Below are positions 1 through 10,790 of a DNA stretch of 20,000 nucleotides, piece after piece. The notes beneath the pieces were generated by a model, which saw only the letters and a list, made by a program, of their open reading frames with translations, was not told where the DNA came from and made no database searches. The stretch's first letter is position 1; each line of letters starts with the position of its first letter. Both the position numbers and the translations under genes were made by a program. The stretch spans positions 57,456 through 77,455 of the forward strand of contig MU058138.1 in assembly GCA_013265495.1 (NCBI GenBank). The letters are read 5' to 3'. The DNA is from Vicugna vicugna (lineage: Eukaryota).

Positions 1-19
1 AAACAAAAAACAGGGCATA

Positions 20-525
20 ATGACAGAAAATAAGAGGAAGCATCTACAGCAGATAATAAGGTAGTCAGAAAAGGTCTTTAGAAAATGTAACATTATACCT
101 GAGATCCAAAAGATGAAAAGCTGTAGAATAGATAAATAAGATTATACTGTATAGCACAGGGAAATATATACAAGATCTTATGGTAGTTCACAGAGGAAAA
201 AATGTGACAATGAATATATATATGTACATGTATAACTGAAAAATTGTGCTCTACATTGGAATTTGACACATTGTACAATGATTATAACTCAGTAAAAAAT
301 GTTAAAAAAAAAGACAAAAAGCAGCTACCAGGTGAAGCTCTGTTACTTGTGTTAAACTCCAACATTGGAAAGAGCTCAGCAAGTTCAAGACACTGAAAAG
401 TCATTGTGCCTGAAGAGAAATAAGAAAGGGAGTGGATAGAACAAACTGAGGTCAAAGAGGTGGACAAGATACGATCTCTGCAGAGCACTACAGGTCTTGG
501 TAAAGAATCTGGATTTCACTTAGTG
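20..525 (-). mobile_element. Ancient LINE-2 (L2) fragment, interrupted at 122-308 by a younger L1 3' fragment
   Basis: Purine-rich sequence (GAAAAGGTCTTTAGAAAATGTAACATT...CTGAGATCC, GGAAAGAGCTCAGCAAGTTCAAG, GAGGTCAAAGAGGTGGACAAG...GGTAAAGAATCTGGATTTCACTT) resembles the reverse complement of the recalled L2 3' region. Highly diverged; boundaries approximate. Confidence 0.65.
122..308 (+). mobile_element. 5'-truncated LINE-1 3'UTR insertion with A-tail and 14-bp TSD, same family as the full-length L1
   Basis: About 89% identical by eye to the reverse complement of ~3500-3690. Ends in GTTAAAAAAAAA. Flanked by AAAAGATGAAAAGC (108-121) and AAAAGACAAAAAGC (309-322), 12/14 match. Confidence 0.9.
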
Positions 526-594
526 CTCCTTTAAGGTTAGAGTAAGCAAAGTAAGACAAGCAATTTTTTTAGTTAAGGAAAATATCCATCTCAT

Positions 595-697
595 AAATAG
601 ACCTTTTGCCAAAGTTTACATTGTACGTGGCAAAACTAAGATTTGAACTCAGAATTATCTTTTTGAACACTAAGCTCTTTACCATCATAGTGTACTA
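595..697 (-). mobile_element. MIR SINE fragment (5' tRNA-like and core part)
   Basis: TTGCCAAAGTTTACA...GTGGCAAAACTAAGATTTGAACTCAG...GCTCTTTACCATCATAGTGTACT resembles the reverse complement of the MIR 5' region. Confidence 0.6.
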
Positions 698-1256
698 AAT
701 TTTATCACCTATTCCTCAGCAATGTATGTATGATACATAAAATCCCAATCAACAAAGCAAAACTGGAAAAAGAGATTTTTAATCCAAATATACGTTTAAG
801 ATTATAATAACAATAAGTTTTCCACAAATAATACAGGAAAAACATGGTAGACTTTATATTTCAGAGGAAGAAATAGAAAATTAGAGAACCAGACAAGATA
901 TGCCAGAGTATTAGAAAGGATCAAAAGAGAAATTGGAAAATAAATACTCTAAAATTCCTATTTTCCCAAAATGCTTTATTTTGCTTTGCAATTTCATAGG
1001 TAGTGAACAATTGCATTTTAACAAGAAACAAAACTGGTTCTGATAGTACTTTAACATTTGACTACCAAATTGGCAATAAAAACATCTAAATAGGCTATTT
1101 TTATAAGGATGATTTCCTGTTAAGGTCTCCTCAGATTGCCTAATGCCAACATCCACATACCTTTGACAAATAGTGTGCCCTTGGCCCTGAAAATTAGGAA
1201 TTATCTTCTTTAACTTGTAACCATTTGAGGGATAAAGTTATTTTACATTGTTTTCA

Positions 1257-2170
1257 TTATTTCCCTGATGAAGTCATCTTTTGACTCAGAACTTCTCCAT
1301 AGCATTTTTAACCTCTGCACATCTTAGGGTATAATAGAGTTTAACACAAAATTTAGCACAGTATAAAATATAGCCATGGCTTAATTAATTGAAAAAGTGA
1401 TAATTTGAGGCAGATACATACATGTGCAAGGTACAAAGAATAAAATGACCAGAGCGATGTGAGAGGCTTAGGTGGAGTGTACTTTGCACCTACCATCCAA
1501 GCTATGAGATTTCAAAGTGTATAGGGTCATGATATAGGAGACCATCAAAAGGAGTAAGTTTAACAGAAAGATGACCCCTTTGTTGGTAGCAACAAAGAGA
1601 CAAAAATATGACTGTCCATGTTGATAAGTTTCAACAGAGTTCATGTCACACACAAAGTGATCTATGTCACTGGGGCCAAAAAAGGGTGCCAGACTGTGAA
1701 GAGGATTTAAACTGCTGGATGGATAAGTCTCCAGCCCAGGTGACTCCCAGAGATGACCACATCTCTATCAGCTTTTGGTGGTCAGGTAGTACAGATGGAC
1801 ACATAGAAGTCATAGGTCATACCCATCAGCAGAATGATGTCTTTATTCCATTGTGTGTTCTTGCCTCCTTTGTCGAAGTTTAGTTGACCAAAAATTTGTG
1901 GGTTCATTTCTGGGATCTCTATTCTGTTCCATTAGGCCATATATCTGTTTTTGTACCAGTACCATACTGTTTTGATTACTGTAGCTCTATAGTATTGTAT
2001 GAAGTCTGGGAGAGTTATTCCTCCAGCCTCTTTCAGCAGCACCAAAAGATGTTCAGCAAAGTTTTAAGTCATGCACTTACTAAAACATGGTTTTCCTTAC
2101 AGTAAGAGTGTCAGGACCTTGACGGGGTCAGGGAAGAAGAACAGCCACTATCTATGACGAATAAGTAACA
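1257..2170 (-). pseudogene. Olfactory receptor pseudogene, family 4 (OR4C/OR4A-like), lacking the N-terminus and TM1, interrupted by an L1-derived insert at 1842-2034
   Basis: Minus-strand translation across frameshifts gives OR motifs in order: CMT*NFAEHL-GAA|DIILLMGMTYDFYVSIC (MAYDRYVAIC), IDHFVCD, LFVATNKGVIFLLNLLLLMVSYIMTLYTLKSHSLDGRCKVHST*ASHIALVILFFVPC (KALSTCxSH), AMAIFYT, TLRCAEVKNAMEK (YTLRNxEVKNAM). Probable stop TAA at 1257-1259. Multiple stops and frameshifts. Confidence 0.92.
1842..2034 (-). mobile_element. 193-bp internal L1 ORF2 piece, near-identical copy of 4857-5049
   Basis: 1838-2034 vs 4853-5049 match at 195/197, with mismatches at 1915/4930 and 1939/4954. No poly(A) and no 3'UTR. 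Confidence 0.97.
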
Positions 2171-2174
2171 CATA

Positions 2175-3200
2175 AACAACATGTAAAGCATTACCAAAGA
2201 GTGTACAAAGGACTAAATGAAAACACCTAACTCTCTTCATGGAGAGGAATTCTCAAATCTCTAAAGATATAAACCCTTCCTAAATTAGTCATCCTAAATA
2301 AAAATGCATTGAAAAATAACAGAAATTTTTGTGACTAGCCTAGCTTATTATAAATTTAATTTGATGTCCTAAATTTGCAAGAACAGACATAATGCTGGAA
2401 AAGAAGAGTAATGAGGGAGTGTTAGACTTATTATTCTAAATGTATTCTAGATGAATTGCAACTATATCATAAATTAAATGGTACATGACTGAAAAGACCA
2501 ATGGAACTGAGTCCTGAACTGCATTCAAATATTTATGGAAATTTAGAATACAGTAATATGAGGATTTCAAATTAGTGGTGAAAGATAATTAAGCAACTAC
2601 AAAAAAAGGTCATTTAGAAAACAATAAAACACAATCTTCTTTAACTATATATGAAAATGAATTATAATTTCTTTAATGAACCTTCTTGTCATATACCAAA
2701 AAATATTCACTGGTTGTTGAGAATGGGGACAAGCTGATAGTCTCAGACTATGGGCAGAATTGTAGGTACAACTTCATGAATGGCATTTTGGCAATAACTA
2801 TGAATATCAACATTTAAATACATATTCCCTGTTGACCCAAAAGTTCTACTTATAGCAACTGACATTTCTAGGAACACATACTTGAGAAGATATATACTTA
2901 TTGCAGAATTATGTATCATAGAAAAAGATTGAAATGACATGAAAAGTACTGGGTGCATTAATTCAGGAATATTATAAGGGAACATCACATATTATACAAA
3001 TAACTGAGCATGAGTTAGATCTATATAGAGTGGTATGAAAAGATGCTCAAGATGTTGAATAGTAAAATGTAAGTGTTTACATGCAGGCATATATCCACAT
3101 ACACATATGTAAATATGCTTATATGTGCAAAGATTGATACTTGAAACATCTTAAGAAAGAGGCTTTGCACTAACTCTAGGTAAGAACACTGGGAAACACT
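2175..3200 (+). mobile_element. Ancient L1 (L1ME-type) ORF2 C-terminal region and 3' end, heavily decayed
   Basis: Degenerate L1 ORF2 landmarks in order (TAAAGCATTACC, CTTCATGGAGAGGAATTCTCAA, GACCAATGGAAC, ATATTTATGGAAATTTAG, GGTACAACTTC...TTTTGGCAATA, TTGACCCAAAAGTTCTACTT), then an L1ME-like 3'UTR (GAGTTAGATCTATAT...GATGCTCAAGATGTTG). Confidence 0.7.
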
Positions 3201-3279
3201 AAAAAGGATGAAAAAGAAGTTTGGTTTGGTTTGGTTTTGCAGGATGTTTTACTAAGCTTTCTAGGCAAAAATCATCCCA

Positions 3280-3405
3280 ATTTTATATGAATACTTTCTC
3301 AACTCTTTTTGTAACTTGCCTTTTTACTTTCTTTCAGGTGTTTTTGTTGAACAAAAGTTCTTACTATGGTCAAATTTATCATTCTTTCCTTCTTAGTTTG
3401 TTTAG
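3280..3405 (-). mobile_element. Old L1M fragment
   Basis: GAATACTTTCTC...CTTGCCTTTTTACTTTCTTTCAGGTGTTTTTGTTGAACAAAAGTTCTT...GTCAAATTTATC resembles the reverse complement of late L1 ORF2. Confidence 0.55.
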
Positions 3406-3822
3406 AAATATTTTGAAAGGAGATTTATTTTTCACTTGCACCATTTCATATGGTTCCTATTTTTATAATCATTATTATTGTATTTTCTTTTTCATTTATT
3501 TTTTAAACATTTTTATTGAGTTATAGTCATTTTACAATGTTGTGTCAAATTCCAGTGTAGAGCACAATTTTACAGTTATATGTGAACATACATATATTCA
3601 TTGACACATATTTTTCACTGTGAGCTACCACAAGATCTTGTATATATTTCCCTGTGCTATACAGCATAGTCTTGTTTATCTATTCTACATATGCCTATCA
3701 ATATATACAAATTTTGGACTCATAGTCTATCCCTTTTTACCCCCCTCCTAGGCAACTACAAGTTTGTATTCTATACCTATGTGTCTTTATGTTTTGCATT
3801 TATGTTCTTCTTCTTTTTTTTT

Positions 3823-6800
3823 TAAGATTCCACATATGAGCAATATCATATGGTATTTTTTTTCTTTTTCTGGCTTACTTCATTTAGAATGACATATTCC
3901 ATGAATAACCATGTTGCTGCAAATGGCATAATGTTGTTGGGTTTTATGGCTGAATAGTATTCCATTGAATAAACATACCACAACTTCTTAATCCAGTCAT
4001 CTGTTGATTGACATTAAGGCTGTTTCCATGTCTTGGCTATTGTAAATAGTGCTGCTATGAACATTGGGGTGCAGGTGTCATCCTGAAGTAGGGTTCCTTC
4101 TGGATATATGCCCAGGGTCAGTATTACTGGGTCATATGGTAAGTCTATTCCTAGCCTTTTGAGGAATCTCCATACTGTTTTCCACAGTGGCTGCACCAAA
4201 CTGCATTCCCACCAGCAGTGTAGGAGTGTTCCCCTTTCTCCACAGCATCCCCAGAATTTGTCATTTGTGGACTTTTGAATGATGGCCATTCTGACTGGTG
4301 TGAGGTGATGCCTTCTTCTAATTTTGATTTACATTTCTCTGATAATTAGTGATATTGAGCATTTTTTCGTGTGAGTATTGATCATTTGTATTTCTTCTTT
4401 GGAAAGTTTCTTGTTTAGGTCTTCTGCCCATTTTTGGATTGGGTTGTTTACTTTTTTTTTATTAAGTCATATGGACTGCTTATATATTCTGGAGATCAAG
4501 CCTTTGTCGGTTTCATTTGCAAAAATTTTCTCCCATTCTATAGGTTGTCATTTTGTTTTACTTATGGTTTCCTTTGCTGTGCAGAAGCTTGTAAGTTTCA
4601 TTAGGTCACATTTGTTTATTCTTGCTTTTATTTCTATTGCTAGAGTAGACTGTTCTAGGAGAACATTTTTGAAATGTATGTCAGATAATGTTTTGCCTAT
4701 ATTTTCTTTTAGGAGGTTTATTGTATCTTGTCTTATGTTTAAGTCTTTGATCCATTTTGAGTTTATTTTTGTGTATGGTGTAAGGGAGTGTTCTGGCTTC
4801 ATTGATTTACATGCTGCTGTCCAGTTTCCCCAAAACCATTTGCTGAGGAGACTGTCTTTATTCCATTGTGTGTTCTTGCCTCCTTTGTCGAAGTTTAGTT
4901 GACCAAAAATTTGTGGGTTCATTTCTGGGCTCTCTATTCTGTTCCATTAGGCCTTATATCTGTTTTTGTACCAGTACCATACTGTTTTGATTACTGTAGC
5001 TCTATAGTATTGTATGAAGTCTGGGAGAGTTATTCCTCCAGCCTCTTTCTTTTTCCTCAGTAATATTTTGGCAATTCTAGGTTTTTTATGTTTCCACATA
5101 AATTTCATTATGGTTTGTTCTAGTTCTGTGAAATATGTCCTGGGTAATTTGGTAGGGATTGCATTAAATCTGTAGATTGTCTTGGGCAGTATGACCATTT
5201 TGACAATATTGATTCTTCCAATCTAGGAGTGTGATATGTCTCCATTTTTTTAAGTCTTCTTTAATTTCTTTAATCAGTGTTTTATAGTTTTCCATGTATA
5301 AGTCTTTCACCTCCTTGGTTAGATTTATTTCTAGGTGTTTTATTAATTTGGGTGCTATTTTGAAAGGGATTGTTTCTTTACTTTCTTTTTCTGAGTTAGT
5401 GTAATGCAACTGATGTTTGAACTTTATTCTTGTAATCTGCTACATTGCTGAATTCTTCAATCAGCTCTAGTAGTTTTTGTGTGGAGCTTTTAGGGTTTTC
5501 TAGATTTAGTAACATGTCATTGGCATATGGTGACACTTTCATCTCTAGTTTTCAAATTTGGATCCCATTTATTTCTCTCTCTTGCCTGATTGCTGTGGCT
5601 AGGACTTCCAAGACTATGTTGAATAGCAGTGGTGATAGTGGGCATCCTTGTCTTGTTCCAGATTTTAGTGGGAAGCTTTTGAGTTTTTCACTGTTGAGTA
5701 CTCTGCTGGCTGTAGGTTTGTCATATATAGCTTTTATGATGTTGAGATATGTTCCCTCTATACCCACTTTGGTGAGAGTTTTTAATCATAAGTGGGTGTT
5801 GACTTTTATCAAATGCTTTTTCTACATCTATTGAGATGATCATGTGATTTTGTCCTTTCTCTTGTTGATGTGATGTATTACATTGATTGATTTGCATATG
5901 TTGAACCACCCTTATGTCCCTGGGATGAACCCCACTTGGTCATGATGTATAATCTTTTTTATGTGTTGTAGGATTCTATTTGCTAATATTTTGGTGAGGA
6001 TTTTGGCATCTATGTTCATCAGTGATATTGACCTATAATTCTCTTTTTTGGTAGTGTCTTTGCCTGGTTTTGGTATCAGGGCGATGGTGGCTTCATAGAA
6101 TGAGTTTGGGAGTATTCCATCCTTTTCAATCTTCTGGAAGAGTTTGAGAAGGACTGGTATGAGTTCTTCTTTGTATGTTTTGTAGAATTCCCCAGTAAAG
6201 CTGTCTGGTCCTGGACTTTTATTTGTAGCGAGGCTTTTTATTGCTAATTCAACTTTATTTCTAGTGATTGGTTTGTTCAAGTGGTCAGTTTCTTCTTGAA
6301 TCAGTCTTGGTGGACTGTATGTTTCCAGAAATTTGTCCATGTCCTCTAGGTTATCCATTTTGGTCCGATATAGTTTTTCATAATATTCTCATATGATATT
6401 CTATATTTCTATGTTACTTGTAATTTTTTTCATTTTCCTTTCTTATTTTGCTTATTTGTGCTCCCTATTTTTTCTTCTTTGTGAGTTTGTCCAGAGGTTT
6501 GTCAATTTTATTTACTGTTTCAAAAAAACAGCTTTTGGTTTGATTGATATTTTCTATTGTTTTTTAATCTCTGTTTTATTTATTTCCTCCCTGATCTTTA
6601 TTATTTCCTTCCTTCTTCTGACTTTTGGGGGTTTTTTTGCTCTTCTTTTTCTAGTTCTTTAAGCTGTTGGGTTAGATTGTTTATTTGAGATCGTTCTTCT
6701 TTTTTGAGGAAAGCCTATATCACTATAAACTTCCCTCTTGGCACTGCCTTTGCTGTGGCCCATTAATTTTGTGTGGTTGTGTTTTCATTTTCATTTTCTC

Positions 6801-7617
6801 AAGTTATTTTGTTAATTTCAATTTTGATTTCCTCATTGAACCATTGGCTTTTTAATAGCATGTTGTTTAATCTCCATGCTTTCCTTTTTTTGTCCTTTGT
6901 TTCTCTGTAGTTGATTTCTACTTTCATGGCATTGTGATCAGTAAAGACGCTTGAGATAATTTCTAGCTTCTTAAAATTGTTGAGGCTTCTTTTGTGCCCA
7001 AGTACATGATCAATCCTAGAAAATGTTCCATGTGTACTTGAAAAGAATGTGTATCCTATTTTTGGGAGCTGTGATGCTCTGAAAATATCCACCAACTCTA
7101 ATTTTTCTATTGTATCATTTAATTTCTCTGTTGCCTTATTTAGTTTCTATCTGGAAGACCTATCTGGTGATGTCAATGTGGTCTTAAAATCTCCAACAAT
7201 GATTGTATTCCCATCAATTTCCCCTTTTATCTGTGTTAGTAATTTTTTTTATGAACTTAGGTGCTCCTATACTGGGTGCATATATATTAATGAGTATAAT
7301 ATCCTCATCTGTATTACTTCTTTAATCATTATAAAATGTCCTTCTCTCTTTCTTTATGTCCTTTCTTATAAGTCCATTTTGTCTGAAATCAGTACTGCAA
7401 CACCTGCTTTTTTTGCTTTTCCATTTACATGGAATATCCTTTTCCATCCTTTCACTCTCAATCTATATGTGTCCTTCTCCCTAAAGTGGGTCTCTTGTAT
7501 GCAGCATATTGAAGGTTCTTGCTTTATTATCCAGTCTACCACTCTATGTCTTTTGACTGGCACTTTTAGTCCATTAACATTTACAGTAATTAATGATAGA
7601 TGTGTGTTTATTGCCAT
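3823..7617 (-). pseudogene. ORF2: L1 ORF2 (APE endonuclease, reverse transcriptase, C-terminal Cys-rich domain), broken by many stops and frameshifts
   Basis: ORF-track fragments: MAINTHLSLITVNVNGL...CCIQETH (EN), TFSRIDHVLGH...[17 protein letters not shown]...[32 protein letters not shown] (RT), YAND at 5527-5516 in place of the catalytic (F/Y)[17 protein letters not shown]. Ends near YHMILLICGI at ~3823. Confidence 0.97.
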
Positions 7618-8014
7618 TTTGAACTTATTTTTGCAGTTGACTTGGTATTTCCTCTCTGTTCCTTTCTTCTTCCTTTTGTGGTTTGGTAATTTTTCTTTGT
7701 ATTATCTTGGACTTTATTTAGTTTTTGTGACTCATATGTAAGTTTTTGGCTTGTGGTTTCCCTTTTGTGCATCTATTAACCCATCACTATAACTGTTTTT
7801 ATTAAGCAGATAGTAATATAATCTCAAACTCATCCTACCGACAACAAAAAACTTAAAAAAGCAAAATAATTACTCTATATTTTCTTGCTTCCCTCTCCAC
7901 TCTTAATGATTTAGATGTCTTCTACAATTTTGTGTTTATTCTATTTGGAATTCATGATAGTTATCACCTTTCCAGTTATGGATTTCTCATTTCTGTAGCA
8001 TCCTGCTTCTTTTC

Positions 8015-8271
8015 TATTTAGAGTAGACTTGTCAATATTTCCTTTTAGCATGGGTTTAGTGTTGCTGAACTCTTGTTGCTGTTTCTTGTCTGTAAAGTTC
8101 TTTACCTCTACTTCTATCCTAAAGAATAGCCTTGCTGGATAAAGATATTTAGAGTAGACTTGTCAATATTTCTTTTAGCATGGGTTTAGTGTTGCTAAAC
8201 TCTTGATGTTTCTTGTCTGTAAAATTCTTTACCTCTACTTCTATCCTAAAGGATAGCCTTGCTGGATAAAG
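8015..8271. repeat. Direct tandem duplication (~130 bp + 126 bp) of the ORF1 3' end
   Basis: 8015-8144 and 8146-8271 both read TATTTAGAGTAGACTTGTCAATATTT...GCCTTGCTGGATAAAG. About 4 substitutions and 2 small indels between copies. Confidence 0.95.
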
Positions 8272-9040
8272 TATCCTAGGCTGTCTCTTTTTTTCATTCA
8301 GGGCTGTGACTATATCTTGCCACTCCCTTCTGGCCTGTAGTGTTTGTGTAGAGAAATCAGCTGAGAGCCTTATGGGGGTTCTTTTGTAACTCACTCTTTG
8401 CTTTTCTCCTGCTACCTTTAGGATCATTTCTTTATCCTTGACTCTGGCCATCTTGATTATGATATGTCTTGGATGGTGTGAGTTGAGTTCTTCCTGTTTG
8501 GGACCCTCTGAGCTTCCTGTACTTGGATATCTGATTCCTTCTTTAAGTTTGGGTAGTTTTCCGTCATGATTTCTTCAAATACCTTTTCAATTCCCTTTGT
8601 TCTTTTATCCCATTTTGGAACCCCTATTATGTGTAGATTTGCATGCTTTATATTATCCCATAGGTCCCTTATATTATTTTCATTATTTTTAATTTGTTTT
8701 TCTCTCAGCTGTTCTGATTGATTGCTTTCTGCCATCCTGTCTTCTAGGTCACTTATTTGTTCCTTTGCATTATCTAGCTTGTTTTGTACAGCCTTTAGAT
8801 CAGAGTTCATCTCTGCAAATGAGTTTACCAATTCTACTTGACTCTTCTTTATAGCTTCAATTTCATTTTTGACATATTTTATATCTCTAAACACTATCTC
8901 TCCTTCAATACTTTGATCATTCCTTTTTTGAAATCTTCATCTAGTAGGCTATCAATGTCTATTTCATTGATTGTTCTTTCAGGGGATTTCTCTTGTTCTT
9001 TTAATTGGGAGTGGTTCCTCTGCTTCTTCATATTGCTCAT
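8149..9040 (-). pseudogene. ORF1: L1 ORF1 (coiled-coil, RRM and CTD RNA-binding protein), disrupted
   Basis: ATG at 9040 (MSNMKKQRNHSQLKEQEKSPE...), coiled-coil ...QISDLEDR...LWDNIKHANLHIIGVP...ENYPNL...IQVQEAQRVP, then PIRLSADFS...ARREW...PRILYPARLSF. Stop at 8151-8149. Confidence 0.95.
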
Positions 9041-10790
9041 ATCTCTCTGGCACTGTGGCTTATAGAGTATCAGTTATGTATTGTGGTCCTTAAGGAGTTT
9101 ATTTATTTATTTATCTAAAGCCTATGCAGGAATAAAACTTTTAAAAAGAGAGAGATTTTTAAAAGAAGGGAGGAAAAAAGTTTAAAAACAGTATATAATC
9201 AATAATAGAAGAGCAACTTGAAGCAGAATAGCAATTGAGTTGATATGTTTTTTAAAACATTAAAAAAGGAGAAAAAAATAAAAAAACAATAATTGAAACC
9301 TGTTTATAATCTATAACAGGAGATCAAAACCAAGAGAAATAAAAATGAAATGAGGTGGCTTTTAAAAATAATAATAATAAAAAATTTGAAAAGAAAAATT
9401 TAAAGGAATTAAAAATGTAGTTATATAGAATTGTTTAAAATGTAAAGATTAAAAAGGCAATAAAAAGTAGAACAGATGAAATAAAAGGTTAAAAAAATGT
9501 GTTCTCCTGGAGACCATGTGCTCTTGATGATTTTATTGATAGGTCTTTCTGTCTTCACCCTGTTTCTCAGACTCAGCTTGCTGTTTCCAGAGGCCCTCCA
9601 TTGGCACTCTCATCTGTGCTGCTTCCAGTGCCTGACGGCAAAGATCACACCCCCTCCCAACACTGGGTCAGGTGCTGCGCTCCTACATGGTGGGCTGGCA
9701 GGTCACTCCCCCTCCTGGTGCTGCAGTCAGATGCTGTGCTCGGGCGAGATAGGCAAGCAGAACATGCTCCCTCCCAGCACCATGGTGAGGTGCTGTGTCC
9801 CTGCTTGGAAGGCAGGTGGCCGCCTGCCCTCTCCAGGTGCTGGTTGCTCCCATGCTGTATGCAGCTGCCTGCTCCATCTGGGGTCAGTGCTCTGTAGGTG
9901 GGCTCAGGGAAGACCATGAACAGCCCCTCCCCTGCTCTTTGCCAAAACCCTGCTCCTTGTTTGTCGTGGTGGTGCAAGTTCTCTGAGGTACCAGGGCAGG
10001 AAGATCCTATCTTCCCCAGGCTGTAGACAGATCTCAGTCCTGCCTAGGAGGTTGCAGAGCCTCCAGGTGCAGATTCAGGTCTAGGTCCAGCCCCCGCCCC
10101 CGACAGGGCACTGCACCCAGGAGAATATGGTGGCTGTGGCAGCTGTGGCTGTGCCTCTCTTCTCATGAGAAGCACCAGTAATGGTGCCGCAGGGCTAAAG
10201 AGACAAAGACTATTGTGCCCCTTCCCACAGGGCACATCAGCAGTATCACTTTGCTTTTTTTGTTTTGTAATTTATGGAGGGCCCAGGTTTTTCTGCTCTG
10301 TATCCCCTCCCAGACATGGCATGCAGCACTTTGCTGTCCCCCAGGGATACCTCAGTTCAGCCACCCCAGTCTTCTGCCTGGCTCGGGCAGCCTGGACTTT
10401 CCCCCAGCTTCTGGCTCACATCTCAGGCTGGGTGTCACAGGGACCCTTTGTGCCCATTTAACTTAATCCTGTCAGCCAATGGGTGCTCTGTACAGACCCA
10501 AGCCTAGGAGGCTCCCTCTCTGTCCTGCTGGCCTCTCCGTTGGAGAGGGGGAGACCTAGCAAATGAGCACTAGTCCTCCTTTGCCACTTTTTCCCTGCAG
10601 GACCAGATCCACATTGTTTTTCTTTTTCTTTTTTCCTTTTCTCCTACCAGATTTGTGGTGTCTTTGCCTTTTGAAGAGGGCGATGTTATGTTTGAGTTCA
10701 GCAGGTAGGTGGGTCCATGGATGTGACTACTAGTGTATTTGTGGGAAAGGGTGAGCTAAAAGCGTCCTTCTACTCCACCATCTTGACCCC
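9041..10790 (-). promoter_or_regulatory. L1 5'UTR / internal Pol II promoter region (GC-rich ~9495-10790, T-rich ~9090-9495), with a YY1-like site at 10775-10784
   Basis: Lies upstream of ORF1. AAGATGGTGG a few bases from the 5' end resembles the L1 YY1 site AAGATGGCGG with CpG decay. GC-rich but CpG-depleted. Confidence 0.8.

Larger units (their letters stand above)
3491..10790 (-). mobile_element. Full-length (~7.3 kb) decayed LINE-1
   Basis: 5' end GGGGTCAAGATGGTGGAGTAG at 10790. About 1.75 kb 5'UTR, ORF1 and ORF2 remnants in the correct order, 3'UTR with AATAAA (3517-3512) and an A-rich tail. Possible degenerate TSD at 3472-3491 vs 10791-10811 ending in TTTT/A. Confidence 0.97.

Noticed and set aside
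700..1256. Idea that the OR fragment is a retrocopy (minus-strand AATAAA at 980-975)
   Set aside because: No poly(A) remnant or TSD was found downstream of the signal.
4378..7741. Long plus-strand ORFs (174 aa, 129 aa, 230 aa) with hydrophobic, membrane-like translations
   Set aside because: They are antisense to L1 ORF2. The T-rich antisense strand gives F/L/I/S-rich ORFs as a routine artefact.
9497..10507. Cluster of overlapping ORFs on both strands, possibly an ORF0-like antisense gene
   Set aside because: All lie in the GC-rich L1 5'UTR where stops are rare. No recognisable protein, and the element is decayed.
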